DNA of 64,000 bases from Candidatus Latescibacterota bacterium (GCA_965208835.1 OZ242358.1:2080001-2144000); one strand, 5' to 3'. Shown: positions 21,701 through 30,743, counted from the stretch's first letter. A program made the numbers and translations. The notes: generated by a model from the sequence alone, not told the origin.

Positions 21701-21859
21701 CGGCTGGAGCAAACGGTCAGAGCGCATATCGAGGTGAGCGCGGCGGATCTGGTCTCAGTGATCCTCGAAGACGTGTATCGTTTCAAGGGAGATGCGTCTC
21801 AACCCGACGATATCACGCTTCTGGTGATTCGAATGCTGGAGGGGCATCCGGGCGGGTGA
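18767..21859 (+). CDS. Membrane sensor: Reg_prop beta-propellers, Y_Y_Y domain, TM helix and SpoIIE/PP2C phosphatase
   Basis: Repeated GLxxNxV...DGxxWxGT units; PVWQRPWF before the TM helix; VGGDYF, ADVSGK, YSDGV and DDITL motifs; start uncertain. Confidence 0.88.
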   Translation: MTRMCIGLVLMMVVPPRADARPVMDWTVYQYKDGLAHNVVTSVVQARDGTMWFATRGGISRYDGQSWQTYAEESGLPGGSFSALFEAENGTMWATGGFGFRGRPGNRIARLAGNRWEPVMLPGNLEGVRVGPIVGVAGGGLCFATAGMGILHYAGDEWKTIDEEDGLASNDVQCLLRSKDGAVWAAYAGRRPGVPFSARSRGRRGGGMSRFDPTKNAWVEVAAPGELAGGAVTAMAQAVDGAVWLGTENRGVLRYHGANWQVFDARDGMPADRVLSVASAPDGSIWVGTVGGAVRFTASEEASTAEGRWRVRQVFTEENGLPSNLVTSVCISKDGAVWLGTAWGVARYGATRWDHHSRWAGSDDRGGVALERTEDGRLWAATGERVYEYDGAGWNEAYRIGRSGRRRSGRIVALRKGKGGTLWAAAHRSVLRFDGVFWKEFPLPISGPGSRILSIFPARTGGVWAGTGAGLFRFDGEQWEAQAPEDSLRVSAVYESDDGVLWFGANGGIVREKDGEREVFDTAGGLPGEPVIALEEAQGTVWAATRFTGMFRYHQGEWNPVPTGDQTVFGGAHRLFVDDDGILWLATLVVGAVQTDGVTWTRYTTRNGLPGARVWDVAQDRLGRFWFATDKGLGCYTPDTDAPETTLSMPSGEVAPYQSALFKFSGQDAWKQTPPQGLKYAWRVDGGDWSRFSSEDQAFVGRMAPGPHTFEVRAMDRGFNVDATPARHTFTVLAPVWQRPWFVALSVFSFVAHCVSSGYALHRHRRWKEAQARMIHELESELQQAHRMQMGLLPTVPIRADTFEIAGICVPANHVGGDYFNYFWLDEARRKLGFGAADVSGKAMEAAVRAMQLSGIFRYEFRGRRPLDEVAMRLDEDLKEQMDEASFVTCCLGTLDLESQRVHLINAAHPFPYHYCARTQELREIPLPSIPLGMVLPPGSPGGRAEATIQVAPDDLLLFYSDGVTDMRNVAGEFYENDRLEQTVRAHIEVSAADLVSVILEDVYRFKGDASQPDDITLLVIRMLEGHPGG

Positions 21860-21910
21860 GGTCTCCGTGTCCGGTTGGCTATCGGCGGCCCATCGACGAA
21901 TGACCGGGCG

Positions 21911-22789
21911 TCATCGGCGTTCGTTTCCCGGAACTGCGCCGGATCCGGTGGCATGCTTTGCCGCGGACTCCACTGTCTGGGCGATCAGCGTGGCAATTGT
22001 CATAGGTCCAACGCCGCCTGGCACCGGCGTGTAGGCCGCACACCGGTGGATGACTGCAGGAAGTTCCACGTCTCCGACGGGGCCCGGATGGTAGCCGGCG
22101 TCTATGATTACGGCGTTGTCCGCGATCCAGTCGGCCCTGATGAATTCCCGCTTTCCGACAGCGCCGACGACGATGTCGGCCATGCGCACAATACAGGGCA
22201 GGTTCCTGGTTCTGGAATGACAGATGGTTACGGTGGCGTTTGCATTCAGTAGCATCATGGCCATTGGCTTGCCCAGAATCGGGCTTCTGCCCACGACTAC
22301 TGCGTTTCTGCCCTCCAGCGGGACCTGGTAGTGCGACAGCAGCTTCATAATGCCCGCCGGTGTCGCGGCCCCGTAGGCGGACGCGCCCATTGCCTTCAGC
22401 CCGAAGCCGTGCGCCGTGACGCCATCAACGTCCTTCCCGGTCGAAATTCGGTCGAAGCACGCCCTTTCGTCGACATGGTCAGGAACCGGGTGCTGAAGGA
22501 GGATTCCATGCACGCGAGGATCGTCGTTGAGCTTGTCGATCTCGGCCAGGAGTTCGCGCGTGGTGGTTTCTTCCGGCAGCAGGATCCTCAATGAATCCAT
22601 GCCCACCCGCTTGCAGGCGTTACCCTTCATCCGCACGTAGGTGGCCGAAGCGGGGTCGTCTCCAACCAGAATCGTGGCCAGGACTGGGATTCGCCCGCCC
22701 GTGCTTCTCCTGATGCGCGCCACCCTCTGCTTCAATTCGTCCTCGATCTGCCCGGCAAGCCTTTTGCCATCCAGAACCGTTGCAGCCAT
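21911..22789 (-). CDS. folD: Bifunctional methylenetetrahydrofolate dehydrogenase/cyclohydrolase
   Basis: [19 protein letters not shown] and [11 protein letters not shown] motifs; ATG at 22789 after GGAGG. Confidence 0.96.
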   Translation of the reverse strand: MAATVLDGKRLAGQIEDELKQRVARIRRSTGGRIPVLATILVGDDPASATYVRMKGNACKRVGMDSLRILLPEETTTRELLAEIDKLNDDPRVHGILLQHPVPDHVDERACFDRISTGKDVDGVTAHGFGLKAMGASAYGAATPAGIMKLLSHYQVPLEGRNAVVVGRSPILGKPMAMMLLNANATVTICHSRTRNLPCIVRMADIVVGAVGKREFIRADWIADNAVIIDAGYHPGPVGDVELPAVIHRCAAYTPVPGGVGPMTIATLIAQTVESAAKHATGSGAVPGNERR

Positions 22790-22811
22790 CGCGCCTCCCG
22801 ATCTTGTCCAT

Positions 22812-22967
22812 GCAGCCCGTTGAAAGAGTCCATCCGGGCTGCGGCCGGCCCTTGCGGTCGAAATACTGCGTTGCGCTCCCTCGCCGAATCGCAGGATGGG
22901 ACTCGGTCGCACGCCTTGTCTTCGGCCACAATACCTCGCCTGCAGAGCGACTCTATCAACGGACTGC
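22812..22967. mobile_element. MITE-like repeat family A copy (156 bp) between purL and folD
   Basis: GCAGCCCGTTGAAAGAG...CTCTATCAACGGACTGC-TA; its end overlaps the purL TAG. Confidence 0.88.
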
Positions 22968-25900
22968 TACGATTCCTCGCACCATTCCCGGGCGTTCTGG
23001 AAGAGCCGCAGCCAGGGCGAAGCGTCCAGGGAATACTTCCAGGATTCCGGCATCCAGCCCCACTGCCACTTCAGAAAAGTCCGTTCGGGATGAGGCATCA
23101 TCGCCAGGTGACGTCCGTCAGGGGAACAGAGGGCTGCGATGCCATGAGGAGAGCCGTTTGGGTTGTACGGATAGACTTCGCTGATGTGATTCCCGTCGTC
23201 GACGTAACGGACGGGCGCCAGGCTGTTCTGAACGACCATGTCCAGCGTGTTCGGATCGGGGAAATGGATCCTGCCTTCACCGTGAGCAATCCATATACCT
23301 AGTGAAGCCCCCGCCATGTTCCTGAGCATCACCGCCGGACTCTCCTGGACCTGTACCGTGACGAAGCGTGACTCGAAACGCCCCGATGAATTCTGGATAA
23401 AGCGCGGTTGAGTCCTGGTCCCGTTTTCCGGTCGGGGTACCCACCCCAGAAGGGCCAACAACTGGCAGCCGTTGCAAACCCCCAGACTGAACGTATCAGG
23501 GCGTTCGTGGAACGACTGAAATTGATCCTGCAGACCCGGATTGAACCGGATGACCCCCGCCCATCCCTTGGCGGAGTCGAGAACGTCCGCATAACTGAAA
23601 CCACCCACGAAGGCGATGCCACGAAATGCGTCCAGCCGGACCCGGTCGGCGTGAAGATCGGACATCGTCACGTCCCAGGGTTCCATGCCCGCCGCATGGA
23701 ACGCCGAAGCCATCTCACGGTCGCCGTTGCTGCCTTCCTCACGTAGGATGGCAACCGGAATCTTCCTCCGGGCCTCCAGTATTTCGGGCGCGGTCGGCGA
23801 AGGCGTGAACGGAAGCGTGTACGCGGGTTTCGTGCGCTGCCTCAGCGAGAGGCGTTCCTGTTCGACACACTGCGGGTTTGCCTGGAGCCGTTCGAGACGG
23901 TAGCTCGTCTCCTCCCAAATGTCACGCAGATTCGCCACGTCGTCGCTGAGAACGGTCTCGCCGTTTACGGCAATCCGTACGGAAGTATCCGCCGTGGTTC
24001 TACCAATGGGAATACAGGGCACGTCTGCGTACTCCAGGGTCTGGAGAACGTGGGGCGCCTTCCCGGCGTGCACTTCGAATACTAGGCCCATCTCCTCGGC
24101 GAACAGCGACGCGATCGGATCTGACGTTGTCGGCAGATCGATGCTGACGCCGCAATTCCCCGCAAAAGCCATTTCAAGCAGACAAGTGACGATGCCGCCG
24201 TCGCTACGGTCGTGGCCCGCGGCCACATTGTCTTCGGCGATGAGCTGTTGGATGGCATTGAACGCGCGTTTCAGCAAACCGGGATCGTCCACGTCGGGCG
24301 GTGTATCGCCGATCTGGCTGTACACCTGGGCGAGGGCGGAGCCGCCCAGGCGGGTCCGCCCTTTCGAAAGGTCGATAAACAGCAGGCGTCCCTCATCAGG
24401 GAGTTTCAGGTCGGGCGTGACTACCTTCGTGACGTCCGGACTGGTGACATAGGTCGAAACAACCAGGGTGCCCGGTGCGGTTACGGTCTCGTCGTACCCA
24501 TCGGGTCCGGGTGCCAGCGCGGCCATGGAGAGACTGTCCTTCCCGCCGTCTATGGCGATTCCCAGGTCAAGCATAATCTCCACCAGGGACTTGGCTGCAT
24601 CGTATAGCGCGGCGCCTTCGCCCGGCAGTTTCGCGGCCCACATCCAGTTTCCGGAGCACTTAACGTCTTCCAGCGCGCTAACCCGCGCCCATACCAGATT
24701 CGTCAGCGCCTCTCCGACGGTCATCCGGGCCATCGCTTCCGGGTCCAGCAGACCGATTACCGGCTGCTCCCCGATGGACGTTGCGGCCCCGGTAATTCCG
24801 AAATGGCTTTGTGCGATCACGGCGACGTCCGAGACCGTGAGCTGAAGTGGACCCGCGCATTGCTGACGTGCAACCAGGCCCGTGACGCTCCGGTCCACCT
24901 TGTTGGTCAGAAATCGCTTGGAGCCAACCGACACGAGGCGCAGCACCCTCTTCAACGCGGATCCCGCTGTGATGTCCTCCGGTAGTTCGAGTGGCGTCAA
25001 TTCGGGTTGTTTGCGATACAATTCGAAGCTCTTGCGCGGCATGTCGCCCAGCACTTTGTCCAATTCCAGGTCAACCGGCGTGGTGTTGTCGTTTTCGTCG
25101 TAGAGGACAATTCTTCCGTTTCCGGTTACGTGTCCCACAAACGCCGCCTCGATCTTTTCCCGTCGGCACAGTGCCCTGAAGGCCATCTCGTGTCGGTGAT
25201 GCAGAAGCAGGGCGTCGTTTTCCTGGTATTCGGCGCCCCAGATCTCCAGCACGGATAGCGACCGGTCGCCGACGGGCAGCTCGCGAACCTGGATGCGGGC
25301 GCCTTCCGGCGCCACGATTTCCTTGAGTACGTTGCAGTTTCCGCCTGCCCCCTGGTCGTGGATGCTGATGATGGGGTTCTCGTCGCCCATTTCAACGCAG
25401 GCGCGGATTACCCTGTTTACTTTCTGCTCCATTTCCGCATCGCCTCGCTGCACGGCATTGAAGTCCAGTTCCGCCGTATTCTCGCCCTGCACCATCGACG
25501 AAGCCGCTCCACCTCCCATCCCGATACGGTATGCGGGACCTCCGAGTTTGACCACCCACATCTTCTTCTCGGGGCTTCCCTTCGTCGTGTGCCGGGCATC
25601 GATCTGGCCGATGCCCCCGGTGAACATGATGGGTTTAATCCACTCGCGGCGCTCACCGTTCGGCAGTCGCAGACCGAAGGCGCGCGTATAGCCCTGGATG
25701 AGCGGTTCACCAAATTTGTTTCCGTAGTCGGATGCGCCGTTGCTGGCTTCTATCTCGATCCGCAGTGGCGACGCGAAATTGTCGGAATATTCGAACGCCC
25801 GGTCCTCCCAGGGCAACTCATAGCCGGGTATACGGAGATTGCCAACACAGTAGGCTGCGGTGCCGGCGACAACCAGAGAGCCGCGACCGGCGGCATGTAC

Positions 25901-26878
25901 GTCCCGGATACGGCCGCCGGTACCGGTTTCCGCACCCGGGAAAGGCGCGACTCCGGTGGGAAAGTTGTGCGTTTCAGCGGTAAAGATGATATCGTAGTCC
26001 CGTGCGAAAGCTGCGAACGGGCTTGGCTCCCCGGGCCTGACGGGCAGGATGGTTCTCGTGGGATAACCCTTTATACCGCTGGCGTTGTCCCTGAACGCGA
26101 TGCAGCTGTTGCCGGGATTTGCCCTGAGCGGCTGCTGGATCATATCCATGAGATGGGCCGGCATTTCATCGCCGTCGATCGTTAGCCGGCCACGGAAAAA
26201 CCAGTGGCGGGAGTGTTCGCTGTTGGACTGGGCGATGTCGAAACATTCCACGTTCGTGGGATTTCGCCGGAAGTGGTCCAGAAAGAGATCCGTATAATAG
26301 TCGAGGTCCCATTCGTCGAAGGCCAGGCCCATGGTTTGGTTGACGTGTTCCAGCGCGGCCCTGCCCTCCTGGATGAGCGGAACCTCCGACACGGGCTCCG
26401 GTTCAGTGCCGGTTTCGAACGACGACAGAGGCGAGGGGTACTCGCACTCGGTCATGCGGTCGTGGACTGTATCCAGAAACGAGGTCTTCTGGTCCCGGGT
26501 CAGGCCGGGCCGGACCAGATAACGCCTGGATCGTTCGATGCGTGTAATTCCCGTCAGGCCGCACGCGTGGCAGACCGATACGGCATTCGTGGACCAGGCC
26601 GTACTGAAGTTCAGACGCGGTCCAACCTCGACCAACGTACCCTCCCCATCCAGAAACGGCGTCGCGGCGAGCTTTTCCGGTTCGAAGGTCTCGCCAAGAA
26701 GCCAGGCGAGCCGCTTTTGTTCTTCTGCGGTTAACGTCCCGTTCAGTTCGACATTGAAGCAGGCTTCGGTTTCAAGCCTCGCGACTCGGTGAAAGATGCT
26801 CTGTCTGACCTGATTGAGCAGGGTGTCCGTCTGCGTCCGTGAGAGGTACGGCGTGCGGTAATAATGAAGAAGACCCAT
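22967..26878 (-). CDS. purL: Phosphoribosylformylglycinamidine synthase, large single-chain form
   Basis: About 1303 aa; QSNSEHSRH, ETHNFP and DGGKDSLSM motifs; glutaminase motifs GVCNGCQ and MMPHPER. Confidence 0.97.
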   Translation of the reverse strand: MGLLHYYRTPYLSRTQTDTLLNQVRQSIFHRVARLETEACFNVELNGTLTAEEQKRLAWLLGETFEPEKLAATPFLDGEGTLVEVGPRLNFSTAWSTNAVSVCHACGLTGITRIERSRRYLVRPGLTRDQKTSFLDTVHDRMTECEYPSPLSSFETGTEPEPVSEVPLIQEGRAALEHVNQTMGLAFDEWDLDYYTDLFLDHFRRNPTNVECFDIAQSNSEHSRHWFFRGRLTIDGDEMPAHLMDMIQQPLRANPGNSCIAFRDNASGIKGYPTRTILPVRPGEPSPFAAFARDYDIIFTAETHNFPTGVAPFPGAETGTGGRIRDVHAAGRGSLVVAGTAAYCVGNLRIPGYELPWEDRAFEYSDNFASPLRIEIEASNGASDYGNKFGEPLIQGYTRAFGLRLPNGERREWIKPIMFTGGIGQIDARHTTKGSPEKKMWVVKLGGPAYRIGMGGGAASSMVQGENTAELDFNAVQRGDAEMEQKVNRVIRACVEMGDENPIISIHDQGAGGNCNVLKEIVAPEGARIQVRELPVGDRSLSVLEIWGAEYQENDALLLHHRHEMAFRALCRREKIEAAFVGHVTGNGRIVLYDENDNTTPVDLELDKVLGDMPRKSFELYRKQPELTPLELPEDITAGSALKRVLRLVSVGSKRFLTNKVDRSVTGLVARQQCAGPLQLTVSDVAVIAQSHFGITGAATSIGEQPVIGLLDPEAMARMTVGEALTNLVWARVSALEDVKCSGNWMWAAKLPGEGAALYDAAKSLVEIMLDLGIAIDGGKDSLSMAALAPGPDGYDETVTAPGTLVVSTYVTSPDVTKVVTPDLKLPDEGRLLFIDLSKGRTRLGGSALAQVYSQIGDTPPDVDDPGLLKRAFNAIQQLIAEDNVAAGHDRSDGGIVTCLLEMAFAGNCGVSIDLPTTSDPIASLFAEEMGLVFEVHAGKAPHVLQTLEYADVPCIPIGRTTADTSVRIAVNGETVLSDDVANLRDIWEETSYRLERLQANPQCVEQERLSLRQRTKPAYTLPFTPSPTAPEILEARRKIPVAILREEGSNGDREMASAFHAAGMEPWDVTMSDLHADRVRLDAFRGIAFVGGFSYADVLDSAKGWAGVIRFNPGLQDQFQSFHERPDTFSLGVCNGCQLLALLGWVPRPENGTRTQPRFIQNSSGRFESRFVTVQVQESPAVMLRNMAGASLGIWIAHGEGRIHFPDPNTLDMVVQNSLAPVRYVDDGNHISEVYPYNPNGSPHGIAALCSPDGRHLAMMPHPERTFLKWQWGWMPESWKYSLDASPWLRLFQNAREWCEES

Positions 26879-26905
26879 CAATTCCTTTCCGGCGCCGTTA
26901 ATTAG

Positions 26906-27115
26906 GAAGCTGTGTTAGAATTCCCGGCGAGTTCCCGGGCGCGAGCGAAAAAGTGACGGTTAAGAGGCAACAGGGGCGCGCAGCGCTGGCGGGCGAATTC
27001 GACTATGAGAGGCGAGCAAGCGCAGCCTCGATCTCGTAAGACGGGCGAATTTGACCAACGCCGACCGGCGCCTTTGCAGCAGTGCGAAGACCGTTGAGGT
27101 TTCTAGTACAGCTTC
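26906..27115. mobile_element. MITE-like repeat family B copy (210 bp, diverged, reverse orientation)
   Basis: GAAGCTGTG...TACAGCTTC ends; internal GCGAGCGAAAAAGTGACGGT and TTGACCAACGCCGACCGGCG match other copies; abuts the HAD gene TAA. Confidence 0.8.
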
Positions 27116-27910
27116 TTAAGCGTCGATACGGGACGGAAGCAATTCCTTTAAGGATCTGATGATTCGATCCGGACGGATTCCACTGTTTTCCGGCAGACCT
27201 GCCCCTTTTGCGTCGTTCCATACGCAGTAGATGCCCAGTCCCTGCGGAACCACCACCTCCCACTCCAGGTTGTCGCCCACCATCCACGCGTCCCCGGGCG
27301 TGGCGTCCAGGCCGCGGAGTGCGTCCATATAGATCCGGGTATCCGGTTTGCCGTAACCACATTCGCCTTCGATGAAAATGGCGTCGAAGAAGGGCGCAAG
27401 ATTGAATCTGCGTATCTTATCCCGCTGGGGCCCGGCGCCCCCGTTGGTTACCAGGGCCATCCTCACACCGCATTCTCGGAGCTTGCGAAGCGTTTCGAGG
27501 GCGCCTGGAAAAGGCTTTATCGTCTTTCCGCGTTCACGTTCGTACGATTCTGCGATCGTTCCCGCCAGTTCCCAGTTTTCAACGCCAAGACGGCAAAGGC
27601 CATGGTGGACGACGCGCTGAATCGCGAGCGGCATGTTCTGGCGGTTCGCCCGATGCCGATTGGGATCGGACCAGAACCACGTTCGGGTTTCGGCCAGCGT
27701 CCTGTACAACTTCTCTCCACCGACCCCCTCAATTCTGTCTGCCACATTGTGGCAGACCCGTTTCCAGCATGGTCCCGCATACGTGGAGTAGGAGACGATG
27801 GTATCGTCCAGATCCATTAGCATCGCGACGGGAAGGTCCAAGACGGAGTCCCTTGCCAGGCCGGGGTCAACTGCCCGCGGGAAGTGATCGTCGTGGTGTG
27901 GGAACGGCAC
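27116..27910 (-). CDS. HAD-superfamily hydrolase
   Basis: Motif I MDLDDT; VTNG, GKPD and VGDNLEWE motifs; start may be later. Confidence 0.88.
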   Translation of the reverse strand: MPFPHHDDHFPRAVDPGLARDSVLDLPVAMLMDLDDTIVSYSTYAGPCWKRVCHNVADRIEGVGGEKLYRTLAETRTWFWSDPNRHRANRQNMPLAIQRVVHHGLCRLGVENWELAGTIAESYERERGKTIKPFPGALETLRKLRECGVRMALVTNGGAGPQRDKIRRFNLAPFFDAIFIEGECGYGKPDTRIYMDALRGLDATPGDAWMVGDNLEWEVVVPQGLGIYCVWNDAKGAGLPENSGIRPDRIIRSLKELLPSRIDA

Positions 27911-28096
27911 AACTAATATTAGCGTACGACAATCTATATTGCTAATTTATAAATTTGATAAAATAAATAAATAAATTTTATCGATCTTCCGTGTCCGGAC
28001 GCGGGGTACCATCCCGATTAGACCGGCCTCAAGCCTTGAAACGACGCGTAGAGGAGACCGGGGAAGATGCCGTTCCGTGCGTCGAAGTCGAGCCTA

Positions 28097-28197
28097 TCAG
28101 TCCGTTGATAAAGTCGCTCTGCAGGCGAGGCCGCGCAACGCAGTATTTCGACCGCAAGGGCCGGCCGTAGACCGGATGGGCTTTTTCAACGGACTGC
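28097..28197. mobile_element. MITE-like repeat family A copy (101 bp, internally deleted)
   Basis: TA-TCAGTCCGTTGATAAAG...CTTTTTCAACGGACTGC-TA. Confidence 0.85.
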
Positions 28198-28264
28198 TAT
28201 GGACGGATTAAGTGGCGGGCGAGTTTACCGGCACGTTAACTTGATGTACCGAACCTGATTTTGA

Positions 28265-28293
28265 TTGACAACCTGATCTGAAGGTTCTATTTT
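28265..28293 (+). promoter_or_regulatory. Sigma70-like promoter for the aldo/keto reductase
   Basis: TTGACA-17 bp-TATTTT; AACCT-N7-AGGTT inverted repeat overlapping the spacer. Confidence 0.5.
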
Positions 28294-28401
28294 TGCCGCC
28301 GTATCCAAGTGATACTGAATTCGGCCTTCGAGGGAATCGCCGGGAGGGAGCCTTCGAGGGCCGTTTTGACATGGTTGTCGGTTGACCTGTTGGGGGAAGT
28401 C

Positions 28402-29355
28402 ATGAAATGTCGTGCGCTCTGTAAGGGCGGTCCCCGTATATCGGAGGTCGGATTCGGCGCCGGACCGTTTCGCGGGTTGGACTGGGGGCCCGTGAATGAC
28501 GAGACGTCGATTCGCGCCGTGCACCGGGCACTCGATCTGGGGGTGACGCTCTTCGATACCGCGGACGCGTACGGAAACGGCCGCAGCGAACGGGTTCTGG
28601 GCAGGGCGCTGGAGGGAAGGCGGGAACGCGTCGTGCTTGCAACCAAGGGCGGCTGGTGGTACGTGGACGGTGCGGCATTCTGTGATTTTTCGCTGATCTA
28701 CCTCTGCCGGGCGCTGGAGGCCAGTCTGCGTTGCCTGCGTACGGACTGTATCGACCTGTATTACATCCACGATCCGGATGTCGAGACCATCCGGCGGGGC
28801 GGCGTTTTCGAATTCCTGACCCGGATGAAATCAGCTGGCACAATCCGCTTGGCAGGCGTATCGATCGATACGGTTGAACAGGGGCGGCTCTGTATCGAAT
28901 CCGGCTGTGTGGATGTGATACAGACCTACTATAATATCCTGGACCAGCGTCCGGACCCAGGGTTGTTCGAGGCGGCGCGAAATGCTGGCGTCGGCACGGT
29001 CATCAAGGCACCGCTGGCGAGAGGTCTGTTGAGCGGGAAATACAGCAGGGACGCCCGATTTCCGGACGGCGATTTCCGGGAAGGCTGGCGGAGGGACGGG
29101 CGATTGCACCGTGCCCTGGCTCAGGTGGCCAGAGTGGAGGCGCTGGTGGGCGGCCGGAGCCCTTCACTTGCGCAGACGGCGCTGCGATTCGTACTGAGCC
29201 ACGAGGCCGTCTCGTGTGTGATCCCGGGCGCCAAGACGCCGGAGCAGGCAGAGGCGAACGCCGCGGCATCGGAAATGGGTTCACTGGATGAAGCCGACGT
29301 AAACGCCCTGAAGATGCTCTACAGGGAGATGGGCGGGCCGATCGATGCGCGTTAG
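28402..29355 (+). CDS. Aldo/keto reductase
   Basis: FDTADAYG, ATKGG, IDLYYIH, PLARGLLSGKY and VIPGAK motifs. Confidence 0.92.
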   Translation: MKCRALCKGGPRISEVGFGAGPFRGLDWGPVNDETSIRAVHRALDLGVTLFDTADAYGNGRSERVLGRALEGRRERVVLATKGGWWYVDGAAFCDFSLIYLCRALEASLRCLRTDCIDLYYIHDPDVETIRRGGVFEFLTRMKSAGTIRLAGVSIDTVEQGRLCIESGCVDVIQTYYNILDQRPDPGLFEAARNAGVGTVIKAPLARGLLSGKYSRDARFPDGDFREGWRRDGRLHRALAQVARVEALVGGRSPSLAQTALRFVLSHEAVSCVIPGAKTPEQAEANAAASEMGSLDEADVNALKMLYREMGGPIDAR

Positions 29356-29401
29356 TCCCGGTGCCGCGTGGCAGTTGAATACGAACTCTATTGACGTACT
29401 T

Positions 29402-29442
29402 AAACGAACAAGGCGGGGCTTACACCCCGCCTTGTTCGTTTT
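29402..29442. terminator. Bidirectional intrinsic terminator
   Basis: Perfect 17-bp stem AAACGAACAAGGCGGGG / CCCCGCCTTGTTCGTTT between convergent genes. Confidence 0.85.
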
Positions 29443-29466
29443 CGGATGCCATGCATGGACGCGAAT

Positions 29467-29652
29467 TCAGTCGGCTGCGATACCCAGGTGTTCCACACCC
29501 GAACTCGTCTCGCCCGCCGGCGTCTGCCTGGCATTCTTCATGAACCTCGCGATACGCACCTGAAGGTCCCTGGCTTCCGACTCAAACCGATCCAGCTCGT
29601 CCACAAGATCTTCATAGTCGAGCCGCGGCTCGACACCTGTGCGGTTCGCCAT
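29467..29652 (-). CDS. Small acidic helical hypothetical protein (61 aa)
   Basis: ATG with a GAAGGGAG SD, an upstream promoter and a downstream terminator. Confidence 0.6.
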   Translation of the reverse strand: MANRTGVEPRLDYEDLVDELDRFESEARDLQVRIARFMKNARQTPAGETSSGVEHLGIAAD

Positions 29653-29737
29653 ACAACGCTCCCTTCGTTCAAGGGGAATCAGGGAGAGGGGGGAGGTGAA
29701 TGCCGTACAAGCTTGCGCTATGTCTGTGAGGGATCAG

Positions 29738-29766
29738 AATATAGGACAGGGTGCAATTCGGGTCAA
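29738..29766 (-). promoter_or_regulatory. Sigma70 promoter for the 61-aa protein
   Basis: TTGACC-17 bp-TATATT on the minus strand. Confidence 0.6.
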
Positions 29767-29798
29767 GAGCAAAGACGTAGAAAAGGGAAATTGCGCGG

Positions 29799-30743
29799 TC
29801 AGCGCGGTGGTCGACTCTGTGTCCGGGCGTCCATCAGGGCCCGTATCTCGGCTTCACGAGGCAGCGCGGCCTGTGCTCCGACCCGGGTGACCGCGAGGGC
29901 CCCGGCGCAGTTGGCGAAGTCGACCGCGTCTCTCAGCGACCGCATCCGGCCGAGTGCGGCGGCCAGCGCGCCGTTGAAGGCGTCTCCGGCGCCCGTGGTG
30001 TCGCGCGCATCGACCACCGGCGCGGGGACCATTTCGGCTTCCCGGCCTGTCGCCAGAAGCGCGCCGCGTGCGCCGAGGGTGATAATGACGTTGTTCACCC
30101 CGCCGTCCATCAGGATGTCCGCGGCTTGGCGCGCCGTTTTTTCGGTTTCCGGCAGAATGCCGGTCAGAATGCCGGTCTCTGTTTCGTTCGGCGTCAGGAG
30201 AAACAGGCCGGAGAGCAGCTGCGGGGGCAACTTCCGCGCTGGGGCCGGGTTCAGAATAACCGGGACGCCGTGTTTTTTCGCGAGATTCGCCGCGTGCAGA
30301 ACGGTCGGCAATGGCGTTTCAAGCTGAAGCAGGCAGATGGAGACGCGTTCGAAAAGCGAACCGGCAGCGTCGATTTGAACAGGGGAAAGGGCGGCGTTGG
30401 CGCCCGGAACCACGGCGATGACGTTCTCGCCCCTGTCGTCCACCAGGATCGAGGCAATCCCCGAAGGCAGATTCGGATCTTCCATGACGAACGTGGTGTC
30501 GATTCCCTCCGCCTCGAGGCTGCACAGGGCCTGCGAGCCGTAAGCGTCGCTGCCGATCCGGGCGACGAAAGATACAGTCGCGCCTGAGCGCGCGGCGGCT
30601 ACTGCCTGGTTTGCGCCCTTGCCCCCTGGTAAGGTCGAAAACGAACTCGCCATCACGGTCTGGCCGGGGCTCGGCAAGTTCGCCGATTGAACGATCAGGT
30701 CCGTATTGGAGCTGCCGATGACCAGAACCCGAGCCTGTGACAC
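29799..30743 (-). CDS. rbsK: Ribokinase (PfkB family)
   Basis: GSSNTD, GGKGANQAVA, LNPAP, PNETE and DTTGAGDAF motifs; GTG at 30743 after GGAG. Confidence 0.92.
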   Translation of the reverse strand: MSQARVLVIGSSNTDLIVQSANLPSPGQTVMASSFSTLPGGKGANQAVAAARSGATVSFVARIGSDAYGSQALCSLEAEGIDTTFVMEDPNLPSGIASILVDDRGENVIAVVPGANAALSPVQIDAAGSLFERVSICLLQLETPLPTVLHAANLAKKHGVPVILNPAPARKLPPQLLSGLFLLTPNETETGILTGILPETEKTARQAADILMDGGVNNVIITLGARGALLATGREAEMVPAPVVDARDTTGAGDAFNGALAAALGRMRSLRDAVDFANCAGALAVTRVGAQAALPREAEIRALMDARTQSRPPR

